Shown here one piece after another: positions 31,324 to 41,300 of a stretch of DNA of 64,000 nt. The number at the start of each line of letters is the position of its first letter. Position 1 is the stretch's first letter. This DNA comes from Macrostomum lignano (Eukaryota). Position numbers and translations under genes: made by a program. Location of the stretch: assembly GCA_002269645.1 (NCBI GenBank), contig NIVC01000593.1, positions 119,454-183,453 of the forward strand, read 5' to 3'. The notes beneath the pieces are model-generated. The model worked only from the letters and a program-made list of their open reading frames with translations. It was not told the origin of the DNA and did no database searches.

Positions 31324-33551
31324 CGGCGTTTTTGGCCCGCTCGGACTTCAACTTGGCCGGTCACCTGTCACCTGACACCCGGCTGCTACACGCGACCGTC
31401 GTCTCTTGATCCCCGGATCGCGACTCTCCCCGTCATCATCAAGGACGAATCCCCCCGGTCGTCAGCAGCGAACATCAAAGTTAAAGATCATCACCTGCTA
31501 GCTATCTGCGAAGATTGTGACATCAGCATCATCCCGGGTCTACAGCTGCGAAGCATCAAGCCGATTCGGTCACTGTGGATTACCTGGTCTCCGGCTGTTG
31601 AGTTTCTGATTGGTTGGGTGAGAGGCTACCTAGACTTGCTTGATTGGGTGATCCCTTATCTGTCCCCTATTTCAGTACATGTAGCTGGATTAGGCGCACA
31701 CTTTTGGTTATTTTGTTCAGTAGTGCTGTTATTGAGGCAGAAATCATTCAATAATACTGTTAGTAGTCTGAAACTCCAATTCAATCTGCGATGTGAAGTG
31801 AATCAGTGAGAAGGTTAAATCTGACAGTTATTTTTATCGGTTTTATTTCTTTGTTCGCCGATGGCTCAGATGAGTAGCTAAGCTAGTAGGCGCCGGTCAC
31901 AGTGGACCAATGGCAAGGCAGTTCTCAGTCGATTAATCTATCAAATCAGTGAGCAAAATTGCCAATAGTGCAAAATCGGCGCTAGAGATGTACTCTGTGC
32001 ACTCTAGGTTAGCCAAGCGGCTCGGGTAATGAATCATGCGGTCTCTGAAGTTCGAGTTAGTCTATCATCAGCGCTATGAGAGGCTAGTTGGCGCGTTGAA
32101 GGCCAAAAGTACAATTCCTCGTATTTAGCAATGTAATAGTACATGTAGCTACCTCATAGTCTCGCCACTGCAAGAATCCCATGCACAAGTCCCCTCTGTA
32201 CCTGCATGGCCAATGCGATCTAGTCCCAGCAGTGTCCCTTAACATCGGCTATGACTTCGAGATTGACAGGAAAAAGACACTAGTTGGCAGGTAAGTGCAA
32301 AGCCCCCTCTAGTCGGAAGCCCAATTTCGAAAGTTCCGGTTTGGTGAGCCAGGACGTACGGGCTGGTGGCAGCAAGTTAGCTAACCTGCGGGTTAACTAA
32401 TTTCTACCTTCAAAATTCTCCCTGTTTGTCTCTCGCTGTCCCTCTCTTAGCTATAGGACCTAGACTGCTCGCCACACGATCAAGCTACCATGGGGCTGAC
32501 CATCTGACAGGAGTGGGGGGCCAGGTCTCTAATTGATTTATTTCTGAGACCTGAGGCCCGAAGGCTTCCCGAAAGCGGCCGAAAAAGCCGAACCCATCAC
32601 ATGAATGAATCAAAAAATGCCGTTTAAAAAAACAGCGGAGAGTTGAAGTACTTCTTAAAATATAGATATTGTCAGTTTTTCTGACAAATTTGTAATATTC
32701 GTAAAGGTATTAAATAATAATTTGGCAATAAAACAGTTTTAAACCTATACGCCTTGCCTGCCTTGACAATCCGACTATACTAAAAAATGGTTTTGTCTCT
32801 GGGAGGTATCATTTGCCTAGTTCAGTTTTCATATTTTACACGTGCGAGTTAACTATATCTCAAATCAATTTTATTGAAAGTAAAATACAAATAATCTTTA
32901 AAACATTAAGCTCGTACAAGACAACTGTAGCTAATTTAAATAAAACATTAAATATAGATTCAATTAACAAAGCTATACAGTCTCCATTTTTTGGACTGAT
33001 ACTTTTCAGGTTAATGATTGCGCACAAAGTCACTTATAAATTCAAGTTCTATTCACGTAAATCTCGATTAAAATCCCGGAAGGATAGTGACGTTTCGTTA
33101 GTCCCGATCCAGACTTTCTACCTGCATATACTGCTATGGTGAAAATGGTTTCGATAAAACAAATGTTAATTTAAATCGTTAAAGCCGCTCTTTATCAATT
33201 CTTCGGTTTTATGGCTATCGTAAAAATAGCCCCTACCTTCCGGAAAACAAAATATATTAACTCTTGCTTCCTAGAAATTTCCTAGAAATAAAAATGTGCC
33301 CGTCTTTAAATAAGAATTTCTATATAGTAGTCCTTTGGGATGTCACTAGCCCAGAATATTTTCAGAAGAATAAAAAATGAATTTAACAAACTTTCACCAG
33401 GCTCTTTAGTTGATGCTGATTGGAAGCCAATTGAAGTTGAGGTATTGACAATTTCAATGGTGAAAAACTGAAGTTGTTATCTCGCTAATGCAATTAAGGC
33501 CTTCAAAAAAAATAAAAAATAGCACAAATCACAGCCATGCAAGTCACAGTT

Positions 33552-35686
33552 TTACTGCAACGGCTTGCCCAGGACCGACGCCGAGTCTCGAGCAGCCGAA
33601 ATTCTGCTTCGATTATCGTCGACCAGCTCGCCCCCTTCGCCGCCGCCGTTGCCGACTGCAGCCGATTGCGCAATCAGCGACGCCATCGATGACGTAATCG
33701 ACGCCGAATAAGAATAAGTCGTCGGCGTTGTCGAATCGGCGCACTGCAGCTCGTCGTCGTCAGCATTGATGGCGCCATAGTAAGCTGGCCGCCACTGATG
33801 CTCGCAGCTGGCCGACGAAACCGACTGGAGTAGCGGCGACGCGTCCGGCGACTGCTGACGTCGAGTCGACGGCAGGTAACGACGGCCGAACAGCCAGGCG
33901 ATCAGGAAGGTGCCAATCAGGCAGCAGAGCAGGCAGCCAGTCAGCAGCAGCATGCCCAGGCAGCCGGCGTCGCAGTCGCCTGCCAGACAGCCGACATCGT
34001 TGCTGACTGTCGAAGAGCTGTGGTTCGCCGCCGTCGCTCGGCCGTTTGAGCAGACGGGGCAGACCAGCAGCCGACAGGGTGTAAAATTTTTATGGCTAGA
34101 CGGTGGCCCTCCGGTGGGTGACGCGGTTGCCTGCCAATGCATTCTATCTATCCAGGTCAGCTGGCAGCAACTCTCGAGGCAGTTATACAATTATTATGCA
34201 CGCAATTTATGCCCCAGCCAAGGGCCTGTGATATGATTGCGTAATAGCCAAATTTCACGCTGCAAATAGAATGATTCTTCGACACTAAATTTTATCACAA
34301 GTATTGCGCAATACTTTTTTTGAGCCAATAATGGACCACTTTATATCAACTCATGCGAAGCTTTCTTCTGATAACACCGATAAGAAAGTGAAATACGCAT
34401 GTGAATTGAAATGGAAAGTTGAAAGAAACAAAATTCTATTAGTTACTTTAGTTGCTTCAACATACTACTTTGTTACGATCCTATAAGTAAGCTATAAGCA
34501 ATTCACATGACTTATTTAGATTAAAAAACTCTACAATTCGCCTATTGCATAAGGGCCCTTGGTTCGACTCCGTGCACGGTCTCATTAATTTGAGGCCTGT
34601 GCACGAAAACCTCAACTAACCAAAGCCTAGAAACTCACCTAAACACTGACCTAAAACCTAAACGTCCCCTAAACCCTGACGTAAACCATAAACGTTACGT
34701 AGACCCTGCTCGAAGGCCTAACCGTCACCTAAACTCTGACCTAAATCCTAAACGCGACCTAAACACTGATATAAATCCTAAACGTCACATAAACCCTGAC
34801 CTAAATACTATAAACGTCACCTAAACCCTGACCTAAATACTATGAACGTCACCTAAACCCTGACCTAAATACTATAAACGTCACCTAAACCTGACCTAAA
34901 TCCTAAACGTCACCTAAACCCTGATCTAAAGCCTAAAAATCACCTAAACCTTAACCTGTAGACAAATTTCCCTATCAGCGCGTCAGCGTCAGCAGCAGCA
35001 CCTTCAGTCCAGCACCAGTATAGAAACTCGATTAAAGGTCGATTTACCTTTAAAAATGATAATGATAAATAAATAGTTGCACACAGCTCCGTGTTCTCGC
35101 GAATTTCATTAGAAAAAATTAATGGATTTTACGTGTCACGTTTCGACATCAGGAAGTGAAAATGATAACTCAATCATGGGACCAGTCTCGATTACAAGGA
35201 GACGAAGATGCAAGGAAACTTGAGCTGATCCTAAAGCTTTCAGGCATCGATCAGCTTGGCTCTATTGGGGCAATCTATACCGTTGTTCAAGTTGTTAGAC
35301 ACCGGATGTCAAACAAGGTCAAACCAGTTCACCATTAGTCGATTTCAATTCTCCCTGAAGATAAAAGTTCATATTGCTGGGGCTGATCTTAGAAAGCAAA
35401 GTATATAGGATTCCTCACGGCAGGCCTGCCATTTGGATTCCTGGCGAGCTCGCGTGAGCAGTCCGTTTCAGATGAATCAGACAGTGAACTCAAGCAGCTG
35501 GCCTTGTTAAAGAAAACCGATTGAGCGACAGGACACGAGGGGAAGCAAGATTGGCAGGTGGGCGGATCAATTAAGCGCTGCAAGAATGCTGTTGGACTTT
35601 TAACTGCACTCGCAAAGTACAATAAGTACTATACTATCGCCTGTTATACATGTATAAGCGATCGCGCCAAGCAGACAGGCGAGCAT
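33552..35686 (-). CDS. Putative small type I membrane protein: Cys-rich ectodomain, one TM helix, tail with endolysosomal sorting motifs
   Basis: The terminal exon 33552-34130 has a phase-0 CAG acceptor and GC-rich coding-like composition. It encodes TM GCLGMLLLTGCLLCCLIGTFLIAWLF followed by RRY. It joins in phase to a GTGAGG donor at 35418 of an upstream exon (CQSCFPSCP...). The start MLACLLGAIAYTCITG at 35686 needs an unverified intron of about 46 nt, so the 5' structure is tentative. Confidence 0.55.
34620..34955. repeat. About 30-bp CCTAAA-rich tandem repeat
   Basis: TAAACGTCACCTAAACCCTGACCTAAATCC-type units, about 11 degenerate copies. Confidence 0.88.
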
Positions 35687-35754
35687 GCCGAGCGTGCCGC
35701 TAAAAATTTCGCCGTCTAGGAGGGCAGCAGCTCTGCCTGAGGTTCTGATGTGGT

Positions 35755-36110
35755 TGTGGCCCAGCAACTGAGGATCTTGGAGGCTGGCCCAGCAACTGAC
35801 ACTCTGGGAAGCTGGCCCAGCAAGTGAGGATCTGGGAGGCTGGCCCAGCAACTGAGGATCTGAGAGGGTGGCTTAGCAACTGAGGATCTGGGAGGCTGGC
35901 CCAGCAACTGAGGATCTGGGGGGGGGGCGGTGGCCCAGCAACTGAGGATCTGGGAGGCTGGCTCAGCAAACTGAGGATTTGGGAGGCTGGCTCAGCAACT
36001 GAGGATCTGAGAGGATGGCCCAGCAACTGAGGATCTGGGAGGCTGGCCCAGCAACTGAAGATCTGGGAGGCTGGCCCAGCAACTGAAGATCTGGGAGGCT
36101 GGCCCAACTA
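35755..36110. repeat. 28-bp minisatellite GAGGCTGGCCCAGCAACTGAGGATCTGG
   Basis: About 12 units. Confidence 0.92.
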
Positions 36111-36499
36111 AGGATCAACGGTAGTTATAAAAACAATAAATCACAGAGAATATCAAGTTACTAGAGTACAATCAGGGAATTCGGTGCAACATTCCGGACA
36201 CCATCAATCAAAAACAAAGTGCCAGTGTACGAGTATTCTCGGAATTTCTGTTTATTAAGTACTGCTTACTGTAGGAGGAGACGCCGCGCACAGAACAGGA
36301 CAAGGCAGCTGGTGCCAGCAAGTTCGAACTCGTGCATACTGTACACTATAAATTCATGACGAAAGCCAGCGAGACAGCGGCGAAAGAAAACAGAAGCAAA
36401 AATAAACAGCATCATCAATCAGCGCTTTGCAAGCTGCAAAAATCTGCCAATAATTTTAAAATAATCATCAGGGTGGGTGAAATGAAATGGATTGCTAAT

Positions 36500-37020
36500 G
36501 TCTGGCTGTCTATCTACCCATCTGTCTGCCATCTACCTGTCTAGCTACCCATCTGTCCGCAGTCTACCTGTCTAGCTACTTATCTGTCTGCAGTCTACCT
36601 GTCTATCTACCTATCTGTCTGCAGTCTACCTGTCTATCTACCCTTCTGTCTGCCATCTACCTCTCTATCTACCCTTCTGTCTGCCATCTACCTCTCTATC
36701 TACCTATCTGTCTGCAGTCTACCTGTCTATCTACCCTTCTGTCTGCCATCTACCTCTCTATCTACCCTTCTGTCTGCCATCTACCTCTCTATCTACCTAT
36801 CTGTCTGCAGTCTACCTGTCTATCTACCCTTCTGTCTGCCATCTACCTCTCTATCTACCCTTCTGTCTGCCATCTACCTCTCTATCTACCTATCTGTCTG
36901 CAGTCTACCTGTCTATCTACCCTTCTGTCTGCCATCTACCTCTCTATCTACCCTTCTGTCTGCCATCTACCTCTCTATCTACCTTTCTGTCTGCAGTCTA
37001 CCTGTCTATCTACCATCTGC
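36500..37020. repeat. 31-bp minisatellite with 93-bp trimeric higher-order repeat
   Basis: The GCAGTCTACC variant recurs at 36621, 36714, 36807, 36900 and 36993. Confidence 0.92.
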
Positions 37021-37928
37021 CTGTGTTCACCTGTGACTTAATTGCAATCCATTTACAATTAACTAAAACCACGTGGACAAAAAACCGGTAAAATATTAAA
37101 GATTAAGAACAAAGCGAGTTGATTAACAAAGTCTTTCAATATCTGTTAGAGCAGAAGTCTGGCTATAGTAGTCTAAGACTTAACTTGATTCATAAACTCG
37201 GTGAAAAATTTTACCACATGGAAGATGGAATGCAGGGTCTTCGCATTGCTGCTGCAATTGCGCGCTCAGAACAGATAAATTGGGGCCCGCGACAACAAAG
37301 ACTCAGCGCTGTGTAAGAACAAAGACTTTACAATATAATAATATATAAAATTATTAATAAGTAGCTTTAATTGAAAGCGTTCTGTTTAATAATAGCTGAT
37401 CACAATTCTGCAGCTGAAGAGAATCTGTACAAAGGAAATTGCATGCGAATAGTAATCAAATTATTACGAGTATAAACAGCAAATACAACAGTTAAATATA
37501 ACAGATTATTGAGAAGGCAAGGCGTAGTACTCATACGCATCTTAAAGTTGTTGCATTTTCGGAATATCATGTTTTTTGTTATTATATACTACGGATAATA
37601 TTTGTATGCGATAGGAGTAAACAAAAAATAACCATTAATAAATAATTTATTGTTCTTAAATATAATCGCAAAACAGAAAAACAATAACAGTTGATATATT
37701 TGCTTCCACACTTAGAGATCTGATGATAGCGCCGATTTAAGAGCCTGATCGATGAATTTCTTCTCTTTCAGGCACCGCGGAAAAGGGGTCGGGGTGGGGG
37801 CAGCTGCCCTCTGGATTGAGACTGGGGGACAGCTACCTGACCTAACGGAGGTCAAAGGGGATCCAAAGTGCCTGTTCCCTATATTTGATATATTATATAT
37901 CGATATATGATTGCACCGACTAGTGGGG

Positions 37929-38233
37929 GGTTTTGGAGCCTAGTGGTCAGATCGTCGGACTCACAACTTAAAGGTCGGGGGTTCGACTCCCGATCCCACT
38001 CGGAACAATTTGTGTCCTTGAGCAAGACATTTAACTCTGCATTGCTTCAGTTCACCCAGCTTTAAAATGGGTGCCAGCATTAGCTGGGGTAATTGAGGGT
38101 GTGTGTGGCGACCCCCCAGTCCTTGGACTGCACAGCCGTACGCAGCCTTCAGTTGCGCCGCGCAATAGCTGCGGTTGAGCTGTCGGTTGCACATCTGGCC
38201 ATTAGGGCAGGTGTAATCAATCATTATTATTAT
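37929..38233 (+). mobile_element. tRNA-derived SINE with CORE-like domain
   Basis: A-box-like TAGTGGTCAGA and B-box GGTTCGACTCC. Then TGTGTCCTTGAGCAAGACATTTAAC...CAGTT...TAAAATGGG, which resembles the MIR/CORE-SINE core. It ends in an (ATT)n tail. Confidence 0.75.
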
Positions 38234-38356
38234 CCTTACTGACTAGTAAAAAGCATCGTCAAAATTGGGTAAACAGCGAGAGTAACTGTACCCACATTTA
38301 TAAGCAAACCCGCCTCGTCATCTTATAAGTCTCACAAACTCAAGGCATTTTACTAG

Positions 38357-41300
38357 TTAGTTAGCAGCATCCGGCCGAACAATATGATAAGTGACCAGGT
38401 ACTCCGGGTAGGCCTGTTCGCCCCGGTAAATAACGTATTCGGCAAATGACAGGCCGCCAACTGACGGCCGGCCAATAATCGAGTGATGTCCGGGGGGCGC
38501 GTGAGCTACTTTCATGGCGCTAAACTGTAGGAACGATTTGCCAAGGCAGACGCGGCACACCAGCAGCTGGCGGGCGCACTGGTAGCAGGATTTGTCCCGG
38601 TGCGCCGGGCAGCCGGTGCCGCCGCCGATGCCGTACACGTACTGATTAGACTTGGAGGAATTCTCAGCAAAGTAGATCCCGGCGCCGAACATGCCGCCAA
38701 TGTAGGCGTGACGCTCGTCGAAGCCTTTCTGAACGATGGCGCCAACGAATGGGCTGCCGTGGAACAGCAGGCGCTCGTTCTGGTTGCCGGCGTTCTCCTC
38801 GGCAATCTCGTGTCGCCTGTGCGAGTATCGCTCCCATAAGCGCTGGTTGCGCACCTGCGATTATTGATGAGGGGTGGGTGCGCCTCATGCGGTTATCGTA
38901 TTAGACTATAGACTGTATGCATGAGAGACTTTCTAGGAACGGTTTAGGAGATATTTTAGGGACGTTTGAAGAATGGTTTAGGAGACAATCTAAGAATAGT
39001 CTAGGAGACTTTTCTAAGCTTGGTTTAGAAGACATTCTAAAAACGGTTTTGGAGACATTCTAGGACAGGTTTAGGAGGCATTCCAACAATAGTTTAGGAG
39101 ACATTCCAACAATAGTTTAGGAGACATTCCAACAATAGTTTAGGAGACATTTCAACAATAGTTTAGGAGAAATTCCAACAATAGTTTAGGAGACATTCCA
39201 ACAATAGTTTAGGAGACATTTCAACAATAGTTTAGGAGACATTTCAACAATAGTTTAGGAGACATTCCAACAATAGTTTAGGAGACATTTCAACAATAGT
39301 TTAGGAGACATTCCAACAATAGTTTAGGAGACATTTCAACAATAGTTTAGGAGACATTCCAACAATAGTTTAGGAGACATTCCAACAATAGTTTAGGAGA
39401 CATTTCAACAATAGTTTAGGAGACATTCCAACAATAGTTTAGGAGACATTTCAACAATAGTTTAGGAGACATTTCAACAATAGTTTAGGAGACATTCCAA
39501 CAATAGTTTAGGAGACATTCCAACAATAGTTTAGGAGACATTCCAACAATAGTTTAGGAGACATTTCAACAATAGTTTAGGAGACATTCCAACAATAGTT
39601 TAGGAGACATTCCAACAATAGTTTAGGAGACATTCCAACAATAGTTTAGGAGACATTCCAACAATAGTTTAGGAGACATTTCAACAATAGTTTAGGAGAC
39701 ATTCCAACAATAGTTTAGGAGACATTCCAACAATAGTTTAGGAGACATTTGCAACAATAGTTTAGGAGACATTCCAACAATAGTTTAGGAGACATTTCAA
39801 CAATAGTTTAGGAGACATTTCAACAATAGTTTAGGAGACATTCTAAGAATAGTCTAGGAGACATTTCTAAGCATGGTTTAGAAGACATTCTAAAAACGGT
39901 TTAGGAGACATTCTAGGACAGGTTTAGGAGGCATTCCAACAATAGTTTAGGAGACATTCCAACAATAGTTTAGGAGACATTTGCAACAATAGTTTAGGAG
40001 ACAGCCCGAGGCAAAACTGACAAACATTGACAAAAAAGTTTTAAGCAATAACTAAAATGGGCCAGTCGAGCTCACCTTCTGCACCTTGGAGATGGCGTAT
40101 CTCGAGAACACGCCGCCGCAATTGTCCCGATGCTCCCTATAGGTGCTCTGCATCTGCTCCTCGACAGACTGAAACTCCGGATCAGTGTTGGCCAAGTCAA
40201 CTAAGATTGTAGCGTTAGCGGCGCCGGGCGGGAACACGCCGCCGCTTGGCGCCATCGAGGGCGCGCCAACGCCGCCAAGATGACCAGACGCGAGGCCGCC
40301 GACTCCAGCGGTGTGGTAGCTGCTGCCGCCGCCGCCGCTGCTAACCACAGCAGCCGAGCCGTCCAGGTAGCCGCGGGCCAGCAGGTCGACGCCGGCTGGC
40401 GGGCAAGCCGACCGCAGCCGCTCGATGCCCTTGAGAATTCGGTGCCGATGCCCGAACGCGGACACGCCAATCTCTTTGAGATCCTCGTGGCCCATCTCAA
40501 CTAGAACGTCGATGCCAATCTTTTCCCGTTCAAACGTGTCAATCAATTCGTCCAGGTGGAGGCTGCGCAAGAAATTGCAGACGTTCAACGGACCGGGATC
40601 GGGGGCGGCGCTAGCGTTGGCGTTAGCGCCGCTTGTTGCGTCAGCTCCGCCTGCGGTGGAGTGCGGATGCAGCGGCACCGGGCTGGGGCTGGCTGGAGCG
40701 TCTAACAGCAGGCCGGAGGTGCCGTCGGATGTCGGAATGGCGGAGCTGGCGATCGGCAGCGGTGGTGGTGGCGGCGGAGCCGGCTTCGGCACAGACAGAG
40801 GCGGGCTGTGCAGCGGCATGGCGTCCATTAGCAGAGCACGGGCATCGTCGGCCGAGCAGAGCTCAAGTGCCGTCTGGCCCTCGTGATTGCGCAAGCAAAC
40901 GTTGGCACCGTGGGCAAGGAGTAGTGCGCACACCTGAGCGGCCGTGTTGAAAGTAGTTAATTAATTAAATGAAAGGAGTTCTTGTAAGCTAATTATAATA
41001 GAGATAGAGAGACCAGAGGGAAAGGGAGATAAAAGAGGATAAGGAGGCCAGAAAGGGAGATAAGAGAGGATAAGGAGGCCAGAAAGGGAGATAAAAGAGG
41101 ATAAGGAGGCCAGAAAGGGAGATAAGAGAGGATAAGGAGGCCAGAAAGGGAGATAAGAGAGGATAAGGAGGCCAGAAAGGGAGATAAGAGAGGATAAGGA
41201 GGCCAGAAAGTGAGATAAGAGAGGATAAGGAGGCCAGAAGGGAGATAAGAGAGGATAAGGAGGCCAGAAGGGAGATAAGAGAGGATAAGGAGGCCAGAAA

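Noticed and set aside
34550-34585. tRNA-like GGTTCGACTCC
   Set aside because: Isolated B-box/T-loop only, with no A box or cloverleaf; probably a SINE fragment.
34620-34955. Interstitial telomere
   Set aside because: CCTAAA motifs are embedded in a 30-bp unit rather than pure (TTAGGG)n or (TTTAGGG)n tracts; the same applies to the 25-bp satellite.
31861-37760. Hammerhead ribozyme candidates (CAGATGAG at about 31867, CTGATGA at about 37730)
   Set aside because: No stem II followed by GAAA in the required geometry.
37935-38010. Functional tRNA gene
   Set aside because: A and B boxes are present but the acceptor and anticodon stems do not pair, and it continues into a SINE core and tail.
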